Source: Octopus sinensis (lineage: Eukaryota). From it: 64,000 nucleotides of DNA. The DNA lies in the NCBI RefSeq assembly GCF_006345805.1, contig NC_043026.1:3410001-3474000 (forward strand), read 5' to 3'. The number at the start of each line of letters is the position of its first letter. The first letter of the stretch is position 1. This document shows positions 1 to 12,975 of the stretch, piece by piece. Made by a program: the position numbers and the translations under genes. The notes below the pieces were generated by a model, which was not told where the DNA came from, did no database searches, and saw only the letters and a list, made by a program, of their open reading frames with translations.

Positions 1-208
1 CTACTTCTGGGCAGCCACGTTCAAAGTATTATTATATATATAATTTACTCCTCCTGTATGTGTGTATTTTTATAATAAAAAATATGTAATAATTGAATTA
101 GAAAAAAGATAAATTTTATGCATGAACTTCTGTTTGTTTGTTACATGACAATAATAAAAGAATTTTATGATTTATTGTATTTATCAATCCAGTAATGGCA
201 ATTATTGA

Positions 209-424
209 TAATAATAATAATGAAATTATTGTATACAGTGCTCGGGTGCACCACAACTTGTCAAAAGTGCGTATAAAGCATATGCAGTAATGTACAAATG
301 TCTGGAAAGCGAACAATGTATGAGTCAGATACATGCTTGCGTGTGTATGGAGGGGAGAAAATCAGGTGTAGTGTTGGCGAATCTCAGGAAGCATGGAAGT
401 TTTGAAGGATGCAGTGCTCCGACA
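209..424 (-). mobile_element. CR1/L2-type LINE 3' end fragment (second partial copy at ~659-786)
   Basis: Reverse complement of the 3' tail at 41207-41410, which follows CR1-like coding sequence; same tail at ~23050-23230. Confidence 0.7.
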
Positions 425-1121
425 ATAATAATAACAACCCTCCCTTTCCTATTTTATATCCTTCATATGTCCTTCTCTTTTACTTTGTTCTCTCTTTCCC
501 TGTCTCCTTTTAAATGCCAACTTTAACATTTCCCTTCTTTTATATAAACATATATATGTATGTGTGTGTGTTATATATTGTGTACGTGTATATGTATATT
601 ATGTATGTGTATATATGTATATACTTTTATTCGTGTACTTGTTTCACTCATAAAAAAATAATGAAATTATTGTATACAGTGCTCAGGTGCACCACAACTT
701 GTCATAAAGTACGTATAAAGCATATGCAGTAATGTACAAATGTCTGGGAAGTGAACAGTGTATGAGTCAGATACATGCTTGTGTGTCATGAAAGAAAAAA
801 ACATGCAATAATTGAAGTAGGAGAAAGATGAATTTCTGTTTGTTTATTAAACGATAACAATAAGTGACTTGCACATGTTATTATTTATCAATGCAGTAAT
901 GGCAATTATATAATCTATTTATATAAAATTCTTTGCCTGTCTGTTCCCAATGCATTCTCAGACAGCTCAACCAAATTAAATCAATTTTACACGATAATAG
1001 TATCAGACCCTGTGAGTGTTAACATGTTACTTTTTTTGGGGGGTTCATTTGCATTAAAACAATATAACATTGGCAATGGTTTGGCATTTCATGTCAAAAG
1101 TGAAAGAATAACATCTCTATA

Positions 1122-1620
1122 CATCATCATCATTTAGTGTCCGCTTTCCATGCTAGCATGGGTTGGACGGTTCAACTGGGGTCTGGGAAGCCAGAAGGCT
1201 GCACCAGGCCCAGTCTGATATGGCAATGTTTCTACGGTTGGATGCCCTTCCTAACGCCAACCACTCCGTGAGTGTAGTGGGTGCTTTTTACGTGCCACCG
1301 GCACAGGTGCCAGACGGGACTGGCAAACGGCCACGGACAGATGGTGCTTTTTACGTGCCACCGGCACGGAGGCCAGTCAGGGCGACGCTGGCAACAGCCA
1401 TGTTCTGATGGTGCTTTTTACGTGCCACCGGCACGGGGGCCAGGCGAGGCTGGCAACGACCGTGAATCGGATGGTGCTTTTTATGTGTCACCGGCACGGT
1501 GGACAGGCGAGGCTGGCAACGGCCACGATTGGGCGGTGCTTTTTACGTGCCACCGGCACTGGTATCACAGCTGCAATTTCCATTGATGTTGATCGACTTC
1601 AATTTTGGTTCTGATTTCTG
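1122..1620 (-). mobile_element. RTE-type LINE 3' tail with (CAT)n end and ~60-bp internal minisatellite
   Basis: catcatcat-ttagtgtccgctttccatgctagcatgggttggacgg...ggatgcccttcctaacgccaacc, then five units of ggtgctttttacgtgccaccggcac plus related spacers; same family at ~14225, 17560, 20290, 57245, 62630, 63285. Confidence 0.65.
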
Positions 1621-1929
1621 ATTTCCACTTGCCTCAACGGAATGTCATGTAATTTTGTTTCATTTTTATTCTTCTACTTTTAATTCGAATTATATCCCAA
1701 TGTGAATGGCATTATCCATTGGCAACTTTCTGTCTTTACGGCTATGACAGCAGAATGGTATGTCAGTTGCAAATTTACTGTTAAATTAGCAGTTCATACA
1801 AATGCTTGTATTTGGTTAATTTGATTGATTGATTGATTGATTCTAGTTTCAGCTTATGAGCTGTGGCCATGCTGGGGCACCGCCATTATATTTGTTTATA
1901 TTTGGTTAATATTTGTGGCACTCTGTCAG

Positions 1930-2280
1930 GACAAGAGTTCCAGTTGATCCGATCAACGAAACAGCCTGCCCATGGAATTGACATGCAAGTGGCTAAGCAC
2001 TCCACAGACATGTGTACCCTTAACGTAGCTCTCGGGGGAGATTCAGCGTGACACAGAGTGTGACAAGGCTGGCCCTTTGAAATACAGGTAGAACAGAAAC
2101 AGGAAGAAAGAAAGTGGTGGTGAAAGAATACAGCAGGGTTCGCCACCAGCCCCTGCCAGAGCTTCATGGAGATTTAGGTGTTTTTGCTCAATAAATACTC
2201 ACAACGCCCGGCTTGGGAATCAAAACAGCAATCCTATAACTGCGAGTCCGCTGCCCTAACTACTGGGCCATTGCACCTCC
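1930..2280 (-). mobile_element. tRNA-derived SINE
   Basis: Minus-strand head ggaggtgcaatggcccagtagttagggc...gttttgattccc with A/B-box-like motifs; body recurs at ~21400-21560. Confidence 0.7.
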
Positions 2281-2369
2281 GTTAATAGTTGATAGTCATA
2301 CATCTATATGAATAGATACTGCATACAGAAATAAAGACATGCATCATACATACAACTGCTTACAATAAT

Positions 2370-3265
2370 AGAGATTACTGTGTAATTTAGTCTGTGTTCA
2401 TAATTTTTGGTTTACAATATTGAAAAAAATATGCCACCAAAGGAAAGATGCAATCTCTCCAGAAACTGGTATAACTGGTGTGTGAGGAATGAACACAGTC
2501 ACCTTTACCACAACCAGTGAGAATATGGGCCTCATTGGTTTGTGCACAATCTTTTACCATTGCATAATTTTTGTTGAGAGAGGTTAGGCAACAGCATAAT
2601 AGCTTCCTTTGATCCATTTACTTTCATTTTGGAGGACAAACAAACATACAAACCAACAGAATCTCTCTTTTATATATATATGTAAATAAGAAGAAAAAAA
2701 ACAATAGTTTTCCCTGAACCATTTACTTTCATTTTGGAGGACAAACAAACATACAAACCAACAGAATCTCTCTTTTATATATATATGTAAATAAGAAGAA
2801 AAAAAACAATAGTTTTCCCTGAACCATTTACTTTCATTTTGGAGGACAAACAGACAGAATCTCTGTCATATATATATATATATATATAGATAGATAGATA
2901 AAGATAAAAGGAAAAAGCATTGTAGTTTCCCTGGATAAGAAAAAAAGCATAATAGTTTCCCTTGAACCATTTACTTTCATTTCTGAGGACAAACAAACAC
3001 AAATGGACAGAATCTCTCTTTTATGTCTATAAATAAGATAAGAAGGAAAAGTATAATAGTTTCCCTAGGTAAGAAGTAAAAGCATAATAGTTCCCCTTGA
3101 ACCATTTACTTTGATTTTGAAGGACAAACACGAACGGACAGAATTTCTTTTATATATATAAATAACATAAGAAAAAGTAAAACAGTTTCCCTTGAACCAT
3201 TTACTTTCATTTTGGAGGACAAACAAATAAACAAACACAAATGGACAGAATCTCTACTTTATATA
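2370..3265 (-). mobile_element. Internally deleted Helitron relic: helicase C-terminal fragment plus six tandem copies of its 5' terminus
   Basis: Minus strand gives IMLLPNLSQQKLCNGKRL and EAHILTGCGKGD-VFIP, matching the helicase at 8900-9050. The repeat core ccatttactttcattt occurs at 2614, 2719, 2824, 2967, 3102 and 3197, each with tatatataaaagagagattctg on the minus strand. Confidence 0.7.
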
Positions 3266-3267
3266 TA

Positions 3268-6200
3268 TCTCTCTATATATAAAAGGCAGTTTGTCTGTCA
3301 GGTTGTACCCTCACCCTGACCACGGCTTTCAACCGACTCTAACGAAACTTGACACACACATAGCCCAATATCATAATTCAAAACTAACGCAGCGAAAAGT
3401 TTGAAAAGTTCCCCCAGTTCTGAAAAAATTCGATAAATTTGACATGGGGTCGAGAATCTAAGCTTATCGTATGCAACACATTTTCCGTTGTAGTTTTCGC
3501 AACTTGCAATCGATTTTCACCAAACTCATGGTGAAGCTTAATGTTACCCTAAGGAACTTAATTCTGACGTTAGTTTTTCATGCAATACCTTACCATCAGA
3601 AAAAATTCGATAAAATCATGCCATTTTGGGAAATCGCGTTCAAATTCAAGATGACATATTTTCAACAATATCTTTAACAAATTGGCAGGAATTTTTTTGG
3701 AAATTCATAGCGAGCATCATGTCTGCTCCAAGGAGCTATATGACCCTTTTGATTCCAATAGGATACGTTATTACTGGAAAAAATCAGTTAATTACATCAT
3801 ATGTGGCACACATAGCGAATTTCAGTCGATTTTTGCCGCTTTTATCATAAAGGCTACTAGAAATGGCATATGTTTTCCTTTTGCTTCAAATCCGAGCAAT
3901 GTTGGGCTTTAGATGCGTTTGCGGTTGTGTGCGCACGTGCGCGTGTGTCCTTGACACGATGATTGCAGCTCTTCCCATTGGCTCCCCAAACGGTGAACAA
4001 TGCTCTCAATTAAACACCCTTTGGCCAATCACATGCACTGACACACTCAGTTGTGCGCGTAGTTTGTGACTCCCACTTCTTCTCTCGGTTCACACCCGCT
4101 CGCTTCACACGTTGGCCTACTTCTGCTAATCGCTGCTGCAGCCGCAAGTTATTCGAATACTTTTTTTGTTTAAACTTTCTTTATAACTACCACCCCAAAC
4201 GTTTTACCTTAAATTTTTGACGTACCCTAAGGGTTCTCGGACGCTAATTGCAAACTCTAAGCCGCTTTTGTCGTGTGCACCAAAAAACCATTTCCATTTG
4301 TTTGTTCAGTTTGGTCACTTTTTCATTGTTGTCACTCACATTGCTGCCCGCTTTTTTTCCATTTTTGCACATTTTCATACATTTTGAGATACTTACCCAC
4401 GTGTTCCTTTTTATTACACCTTTGCCAAACACATTGCTATCCACCAAAATGCCACCCAAGAAGAGAAGGAAGCTCCTCAGCCCTCGGATGTCCAAGGCAT
4501 CGGCTGCTAGGGCTAGAAGGGCACGCGAGACCCACGAGGAAACCGCTTTGCGCCTCTCGCAAAAAGCTTCCCGTTCTGCCGCTGCTCAGGCATCTGAAAC
4601 TACTAGCGACTGTTCTACCCGACTTGCAAAGGCCGCAGCGTACAGATCTTCCCTCCGCTCGAGGTTGACGAAAGAGCAACAGTCCAGGCAAAACATGCGG
4701 GCTTCTTCCTGTGCTTCCATCAGCAGAGCTCACGAGAACCCCGAACAAAGGGCCAATCGGAATGCGGCTAACGCTGCTAGCACCACCAGGACACGATCTG
4801 TCGAAACCCCACAGCAGAGGAAAACTCGCCAAGCTGCTGACGCTGCAAACACAGCCATGGCCCGATCTGCCGAAACACCTCAACAGAGGAGAGCTCGCCA
4901 AGAACCTAACGCCGCAAACACAGCCATGGCCCGATCTGCCGAAACTCCAGACCAACAAACTATTCGGACATCCAGAGATGCCATTAACACTGCTTCTGCT
5001 AGGGCTTCAGAGGGTGCTGAGGCGAGAGCTGAAAGGCTTTCAAGGGATGCCACTGCTACCGCTGTCGCACGCGCATCTCAATCTGCTGAGGCACGGCGCA
5101 CTCGACTTGAGAGTATCAACCAACGTCGGGATATCATTCGTGGTGTACGTACCCCTGCCCCCGATTTCTGGTCGTCACTAGCATTCAACTACGACACCAC
5201 AATTAACTTCTCCTTGCGTGACGACATCAAGATAGGGTCAATGACAATTGTATGCCAGTTTTGCAAAGCCAAGAAATGGCCCAGAGAGCCACCTTGTTTG
5301 TGCTGCTCTGGTGGCAAAGTGGACCTGCCACCCCTACGGGAACAACCTCAACCACTGAAGGATCTCGCAGCGGGTTTAACCCCTGAATCGTCACAATTCC
5401 TTGAAATCATTCGAAAGTACAACTGCTCATTCCAAATGACCTCTTTCGGGGCCAAAATTCCTCCAAGAGAAGGCTGGATGCCTACTTTCAAAGTGCAGGG
5501 ACAGGTCTACCATCTTATTGGGTCACTTCTGCCAGATGAGATTCAGCAGTCTTCTTTCCTCCAAATCTACTTCATTGCTGACTACAACCAGCAGGTTGAT
5601 GCACGCCTTGGAATAATACCGGGTACATGCTATGTTTCCCGCAAAGTCGTTCTTCTCCGTCTCCAAACCATGCTTCATGATATCAACAGCTACGTCTGCA
5701 GGTTCAGGTATGCCTTGGACAGTGCTCCGTCTCCAAACTTCACCGTTGTCATTGATGCTGATAAACGACCCCACGGGGTGCACGAACGCCGTTTCAACGC
5801 ACCTGCGTGCTACGAAATTGCCGCAGTCATACACGGAGAGTAACACAACAGCCGTGACATAATCATCTCCTCCCGTGGTAACAGCCTACGCAGGATCAGC
5901 GAGACTCACAGATCTTATGACACGCTTCAGTATCCATTGCTTTTCCCTTATGGGGAAGACGGCTACCACTTCGGAATTCCTTTACCGCAGCCCTCCAATC
6001 AAACTACTGCGGCATCAAAGACGGTTTCCTGCAGAGCGTTCTACTCATACCGGTTCATGGTTAGGGAGGGTGAGTTCAACTTATTGCCCCGTTGTCGTCA
6101 GCTATTCAACCAGTTCGCCGTCGACATGGCCGCCAAAATGGAATCGGAAAGACTGCTATACATTAAACTTAATCTTCGCTCCGATTCCTACATTCATCTC

Positions 6201-9200
6201 CGTGACGGCTTGCAACAAGAAAATGACCCTCGCAACATCGGCAAGCCATGCATTCTACCCTCCACCTTCACGGGAGGACCACGATATATGCGTGAAAGGA
6301 CCCAAGACGCCTTGACCTACGTGCGCATTTACGGCCGGCCGGACCTCTTTATCACCTACACGTGCAATCCCAACTGCAACGAAATCACTCGCGAACTCCT
6401 CCCGGGTCACTCTCACACCCATCGACACGACATCGTTGCTTGGGTTTTCCGTCTGAATTTGGGCAAAATGATGGATTTGATAGTTAAGGGTCAGATTTTC
6501 GGGCATGCCAGGTGCCACATGCTTTCGGTCGAGTGGCAAAAGAGGGGCTTGCCACATGCTCACATCTTATTTGGCTAACTAATAAAATCGAGACTAATGA
6601 CATTGACAAATTCATTTCCGCCGAGATTCCTGATCCCGATGAAGACCCCGAACTGTACGAAATTGTCCGCACTACCATGGTGCACGGGCCCTGTGGACCA
6701 AATTACGCCAACACACCATGCTGCAAAAATGGATTAGCCTGCTCAAAGGGATTCCCTAAACGGTTCACTTTGGAGACTCAAACAGGCGGCGATGGGTATC
6801 CGCTGTACAAACGAAGGAGTCCAGCCAATGGAGGCCGCACGATTACGGTTGGGCGACATCAAGTGGACAACAGCTACATTGTCCCCTACTGTCCTCTCCT
6901 GTTGAAGATATTCAAAGCCCACGTCAACGTTGAGTTCTGCAGCTCCATCAGGTCAATACAATATGTCTGCAAATATGTCAACAAGGGCATCGATGCTGCC
7001 ATGTTCAGCATCCAGAGGACCACCAGTCGTGACGAAGTGTTCAACTACTTGGCAGGCCGGTACCTCAGCAGCAACGAAGCGTTTTGGCGCATTTACGGCT
7101 TCCCGCTCCATCAGAGACACCCGGCTATAGTGCAGCTTGCTGAACACTTGGAAAATGGACAGCGGATTTACTTCACAGAGCAAACTGCTGCGCAGGTAGC
7201 CACCAACCCTAAAGACACAACGTTGACCGGTTTCTTCAAATTATGCCAACGTGATGACTTCGCTCGAACGCTTTTGTACCCCCAGGTCCCATCGTACTTC
7301 GTGTGGTCTAACAACACCTGCGTTCGACGGAAATCCGGCAAAAACGTCAAGGCTTCCCAGGCATCAAGTTTGACTCCTGTCTGGGTCGAGTTTACAACAT
7401 CCCGCCAAACCAGCACGAATGCTTCTACCTCCGTCTCCTTCTACATGAGGTCACTTGTCCAACAGGTTTCGGCAATATACGTACCGTCAATGGGGTTCTG
7501 TGCGACACCTTCAGGGAAGCATGTATGAGACTTGGCCTTCTAGAGGATGACTCCCAGTGGGACGCCACTATGACAGAGGGCGCTTTACTGCAAACGCCTT
7601 CGGCCCTACGACATCTTTTCGCAATCCTTCTTCAAAAATGTCAGCTTAGTGACCCACTAAGTCTCTGGATGAAATACAGGGATGACATGTCGCAGGACTT
7701 CTTACGTACGGCTCAGCAACACTGCCCTTCCGCCGAGATCACGTTCACCAACTTCATTTACAATTTTGCGCTTATTCAACTCGAAGACGCTGTCATCGAT
7801 ATGGGTGGCTCTGCTTTAACGGAGTACGGCCTTCCACCACCCACATGTGAACACGCCAATGTTATGTCTGCTGAATTGTTACGCGAAACTTCCTACTGCA
7901 TTGTGGAACTGCACCAGTACATCCAAGATAATGAACCACGACTGATTCCAGACCAGCGCATAGCCTACAACACCATCGTAGACTCTGTCAGACAGCAACG
8001 TCGGGGGATTTACTTCCTTGACGCACCTGACGGCACTGGCAAAACCTTCATCACGAAACTATTTCTGGCGGAGGTCAGACGCAACACAGACATTGCCCTG
8101 GCTGTAGCTTCCTCTGGTATCGCGGCCACGTTGCTTCCGGGTGGCAGAACCGCCCGCTCTGCCTTCAGACTCCCGCTCGATCTGGCAAAGTCCGAGTCAC
8201 CTATCTGCAACATCGCCAAGAACTCAGAACAGGCCGACATTCTGTGCAGATGCAAACTCATCGTATGGGACGAGTGCACTATGGCACACAAAGGCGCCCT
8301 TGAGGCACTGGACAGGTCCCTGCAAGACACCAGAGACTCTACGGCCCCCATGGGAGGATTGACTTAACTTCTTTCAGGAGACTTCAGGCAGACTCTACCT
8401 GTTATTACAAAAGGAACCCGTGCCGATGCCGTGCGCGCGTGCCTTAAGTCGTCAGCTCTTTGGGCACATGTGCGGCCCTTGCACCTCCAAGCTAACATGC
8501 GCGCGCAGTTGATTGGTGACAGCGGATCCACTGCATTCTCCAGGGACCTTTTATCGCTCGGTGAAAATAGGATGCCGGCTAATGTGGATGGCTGCGTTCA
8601 ATTGGACTCACTTTGCACCACTGTCGACACCCCTGCTAGCCTCCGGGACGCTGTCTTCAACGACCTACAAAACAATTTACGCGACCTAAAATGGCTGGCA
8701 GGCAGAGCTATTCTCGCACCCAAAAATACAACGGTCAACTCCATCAATATCCAGCTACTTGAAGCTATTCCTGGTGATGTCCACGTCTACAAATCTATAG
8801 ATAGGACAGCAGACCCCGCCGAGCTTGCCGATTATCCTGTTGAATTCCTGAATTCACTTGAACCGCCAGGCCTACCGCCACACATCCTGAAGTTAAAAGT
8901 CGGTGCGCCCTTTATGCTCATCAGGAATTTGGTTCCACCTAAAGAGTGCAACGGCACACGTCTGGTTGTGAAACATTTGGCACCACATTTAATAACGGCC
9001 ACAATACTTACCGGTTGTGGGAAGGGAGAGGACGTCTTCATTCCACGCATGCACCTTCAACCGTCGGGCGCTGACCTACCAATCCACTTCAGGCGTTCTC
9101 AGTTTCCTGTCAAACTCTGCTTCACAATGTCCATCAATAAATCCCAAGGCCAAACGCTACAAGTCGCTGGGTTACATTTGGGCGAACAGTGTTTCGCCCA

Positions 9201-9432
9201 CGGTCAACTCTACGTGGGCTGTTCACGCGTTGGGAGGCACAATGATGTTTTCATGTTTTCGCCCAAAGGGACAGCTAGGAACATCGTATACACAGAAGTA
9301 TTCGAGTGAAGAGAAGACATTGCAACCTACACATGCGCCTTCGTTCCCTAGAGGGAAAGAAACTAGATTGGGATTAGTCGTTGCCTACTAGGGGCTCTTA
9401 CATACCCGGGCAACGCCGGGCTATGCTGTTAG
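3268..9432 (+). mobile_element. Near full-length autonomous-type Helitron
   Basis: 5' A|TCTCTCTATATATAAAA at 3268; 3' hairpin cccgg-gcaacg-ccggg (9405-9420) followed by TTAG|T (variant of CTAG|T) at 9432; RepHel coding region inside. Confidence 0.92.
4449..9309 (+). pseudogene. Helitron RepHel transposase (HUH endonuclease + Pif1-family SF1 helicase), disrupted
   Basis: ATG 4449 MPPKKRRK; Cys cluster CQFCKAKKW..CLCC; Rep motifs PDLFITYTCNP, VEWQKRGLPHAHIL, YVCKYVNKG; helicase motifs FLDAPDGTGKTF, IVWDECTM, SGDFRQTLP, QFPVKLCFTMSINKSQGQT, HGQLYVGCSRV. In-frame stops at 5841-5843 and 8365-8367; frameshifts at ~6570 and ~7350. Confidence 0.95.
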
Positions 9433-9501
9433 TATGTATATATATCTGTAGGTGTATATATATATCTGAGTTTATATATGAATATGCATGTATATATAAT
9501 A

Positions 9502-10482
9502 TTCTGCGGATCTTTTCTTTTTGAAGGCCAGATTTTCCTAGTTAACTAAAAAGTTTGAAACTTCGTATACTGGTAGAATGTGTCAAAAGAAAACATTATT
9601 GTAAACAAAATTGAAAACAAAATTGTAATTTGTAACTTAAACGTAGTTTAATTTTTACTAATTTTAACCAATGAAATCCCAACATCTTCGAATATTAACC
9701 AATGAAATCCCAACATTGCTGCGTTATCGATATTGATAAAGAAATATAGCAGACGCACGACACACACACACACATTTGCACAAGCACATAGTAATTAATA
9801 TATAAGCATACACACACATACAAACGGACATATACATACACACACATACGCACACAAGCAAAAATACACGTTGTGTTTTGCCACTTGCCGCAACAAATTT
9901 GCACAGAAGGGGGGGGGTCAATGTTTCATCGTTTCGGGGTCGATAAATTAAGTACCAATTATGCACTGGTGTCGAGGATGTTTTTCCCAATTTATATCAC
10001 AGCTTCCGACAAGCTGGGGGCATCCTTTTATGAAAAAATATTTCGCAAATTTTTACAATACGACTAACACTCCACGCGCAAACTCGAGACCGATTTAGGC
10101 ATATTATTGTTTTGTTTTTGTTGTTTCTGGCCCTTCAAAACCATGGGAGAAGCCTTTTCGGTAAAAAAAAAATAAAGAAAATATTCAAAAAATATCGTTA
10201 ATATCTTTATTGGGCGACGAAATTAATCGATTTAAGAGATATAGCTGTTATTTCTAGCACATGTAGAAGACAGAAGAAGAGGTAAATAATTTGAGCTCGA
10301 ATGCTGCGATTTCATTGGTTAAAATTCTTAAAATTAAACTACGTTTAAGTTACGAATTACAATTTTGTCTTCAATTTTGTTTACAATAATGTTTTCTTTT
10401 GACACATTCTACCAGTATACGAAGTTTCAAATTGTTTAGTTAACTAGGAAAATCTGGCCTTCAAAAAGAAAAGATCCCAGAA
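9502..10482. mobile_element. Non-autonomous DNA transposon (MITE) with ~180-bp imperfect TIRs
   Basis: 9502-9680 (ttctgcggatcttttc..gaaggccagattttcctagttaact...) is the reverse complement of ~10310-10482; partial third TIR copy at ~10650-10750; no clear TSD. Confidence 0.8.
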
Positions 10483-11072
10483 ATGTAAATAAACCAAATC
10501 TGTTTTTTAAACAAGGGACATTTTCATACGGCACAGAATGTTTTCACCTCAATAGGCATCATTGATTGGTTGAAATTGCAGAAATTGAAGAAAAAAACAA
10601 CAACAAATATCTTACAAACTATAGTTTGTAAGATAAAGCCAAGAGAAAAAGATGTTTTATAAACACATTCTACCAGTATACGAAGTTTAAAAGTGTTTAG
10701 TTACGTGGAAATTATTTTAAAAAACTGCCGTTCGAACCAAAAGGATCCCAAAGTCCGAGTTTTCTTTTCCTTAGTGAAAATCGTGTGGGTGAAAGGATCA
10801 ATGGGGTGAAATTTCCAAGGCTTCTACCTCACCCCATCCCGTTTTCCGGACCAAAAAAGGGTTTTGTAGCATATTAGGAGGTCACCAGAATTCATTCAAT
10901 GAAAAAAAAAAAAAAAAAGAATCCAATGATTCCTTGATTCCTCAGAGAAAATGATGTGGGTGAAAGGATCAAAATTTACCCCCAACACACTCACTCGCAC
11001 ACGGATAGATACGCTTGAAAGACAATGTGTGGGGTGCAACCGTGTTCACTGTTCCGCTGCAAAAAATAAACA

Positions 11073-11237
11073 GGCGCAGGAGTGGCTGTGTGGTAAGTAG
11101 CTTGCTAACCAACCACATGGTTCCGGGTTCAGTCCCACTGCGTGGCATCTTGGGCAAGTGTCTTCTGCTATAGCCCCGGGCCAACCAAAGCCTTGTGAGT
11201 GGATTTGGTAGACGGAAACTGAAAGAAGCCCGTCGTA

Positions 11238-11279
<42 letters not shown>

Positions 11280-11433
11280 CACAGAAGTGGCTGTGTGGTA
11301 AGTAGCTTGCTAACCAACCACATGGTTCCGGGTTCAGTCCCACTGCGTGGCATCTTGGGCAAGTGTCTTCTGCTATAGCCCCAGGCCGACCAAAGCCTTG
11401 TGAGTGGATTTGGTAGACGGAAACTGAAAGAAG
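11073..11433 (+). mobile_element. Two tandem 5' halves of the dominant tRNA-derived SINE
   Basis: ggcgcaggagtggctgtgtggtaag...ggttccgggttcagtccc heads at 11073 and 11278, separated by (TA)n. Confidence 0.9.
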
Positions 11434-11439
11434 CAAAAG

Positions 11440-11870
11440 GTTCAACAATGCTCTACTGCATGAGTAGCAGAGGTATGAACTGTTCCAGATTGCTGATGTG
11501 GTGTATGGACAGATAATGGTTTAGTGACAATGGAAAGAGTGAAACACGGAAGTGCTGCTGTGAGATTTTAAATGTGGAGAATGCACAAGTGGCAGAGATT
11601 CTTCCCAAAGATGACAGCAGTATGATGGAGGAAGCAATTAAGGATATGAAGCCAGGAAAAGCCCTTGGTCCATCAGGAATTACCACCGAAATGCTTGAAA
11701 TATCTAGCAGAGTAGGATACAGCTTAGTTAGCCATGCAGCAAATCAGGTTGTACAGGAAGGTGCCATACCCAATGTCAGCATCAAAGTCAACTGTCACAA
11801 AGGTATAAGATGCTTTAGGGAAAGGAAATTATAGAGGCAAATTGCTGGACTGGGTCAGGAAATTTACAGA
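11440..11870 (+). mobile_element. RTE LINE ORF fragment (region preceding RT), degenerate; continues ~12215-12370
   Basis: EEAIKDMKPGKALGPSGITTEML is the typical non-LTR pre-RT motif (K..GKA.GPD.I..E.L); ttggttgacctggagaaagcc corresponds to a DLEKA-type motif. Confidence 0.7.
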
Positions 11871-11879
11871 AAAGGGGTA

Positions 11880-12212
11880 AAGGGTAACGACCCACTTTGG
11901 TCATGAATGCCCATGGGATTGCACCAGGAAAGTTCCCCTCCAAGGCACAAGTCCGGGCAAGGTTGTTTTATGGAAAACCAAGAGTCGCCCATGTATACCA
12001 GCCTCCCCTCTCAAAGCCATTGATGCTATCCAAGGGAAAGGCAAAGGGGCCGATACAGCTGGGCACCAGTGACATCACAATTCATTTCTACAGCTGAGTG
12101 AACTGGAGCAAGATGAAGTAAAGAGTCTGGCTCAAGAACACAACACATAGCCCATCCCAGGAATTGAACCCACTACCTCATGATTGTGAGCCTCAACACT
12201 CTAACCACTGAA
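11880..12212 (-). mobile_element. Second tRNA-derived SINE family (copies also ~13040-13297 and ~20860-21160)
   Basis: Shared tttctacagctgagtgaactggagcaa...gctcaagaacacaac body; minus-strand head with ggttcaattcc B box. Confidence 0.7.
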
Positions 12213-12834
12213 TCAGAGAGTGATACAGTTCAGTTTTATACCAGAGAAAAGTACTACAGATGCTCTCTTTATTATGAAACAATTACTGTAGAAGCATTTA
12301 GCTAAAAGTAAACCACTGTACTTGGTTGACCTGGAGAAAGCCCACAACAGGATCCCTTGCTCAGTGATTGCAGCAGGTCCTTGACTTGCTAACAGAAAAC
12401 AACTTCCAGGCTGGGTTCTAAAAGTGACAGGAACGTTGGGGCTGGTGTATTGTTGCACAAAGTGACTATTTTGAAGATGATGCTAGAAACTTAGGTAAAT
12501 CAGTTATTTTTTTCTTAAACGTAACTAGTGCAGGAACCTTTTGATACCACCTCATATATAACAGTAACTATGTGAGAATAAAGTGGTTTACTTTGAAAGT
12601 TTTTATCCTTCAGTCCAGAGGAAATCAGTTCCCATGAGCCTTTACAAGGCCTCTGAGGCTGATGGGAGGGAAGGAGGGAGATATCCTCAAAACAGAAACC
12701 TGATCTGAATGCTTGCAACAGAGTAGACTCTGCTTATGGCACCCAAGGTATTAATGTTGTGTTGTTAATTTGGGTGATGGATTATGTCTACCTCCTAAGT
12801 AGGAAATGGAAGGATTTGAACTCAGAATGTGAAG

Positions 12835-12975
12835 AACCAGAACAAATACCACAATCCTTTCATCTTTAAGTTGCCACACAAAATCAGGCATCGATGTCGA
12901 GTGCCTCGAGTTGGTTTTATTAAAGCTGGCAAAATGGTTTTGATATCGGTTCTTGAATGAATCTTTCCTACTGGT
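12835..12975 (-). mobile_element. Penelope-like element GIY-YIG endonuclease fragment
   Basis: SFKNRYQNHFASFNKTNSRHSTSMPDFVWQLKD resembles the PLE FK.RY.NH..SF....Y...T.LS..IW.LKD segment. Confidence 0.6.

Noticed and set aside
1280-1560. CRISPR-like pattern: ~27-bp hairpin repeat with ~35-bp spacers (also 59420-59770, 63465-64000)
   Set aside because: Spacers are homologous to each other, there are no cas genes, the context is eukaryotic, and it sits inside an RTE tail: a minisatellite.
4248-4448. Hydrophobic N-terminal extension of the 531-aa ORF
   Set aside because: It starts at a non-ATG codon in T-rich leader sequence; ATG 4449 (MPPKKRRK) is the plausible start.
4273-9391. Overlapping alternative-frame and antisense ORFs within the Helitron
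   Set aside because: Shadows of GC-richer coding sequence or frameshift products, with no independent motifs.
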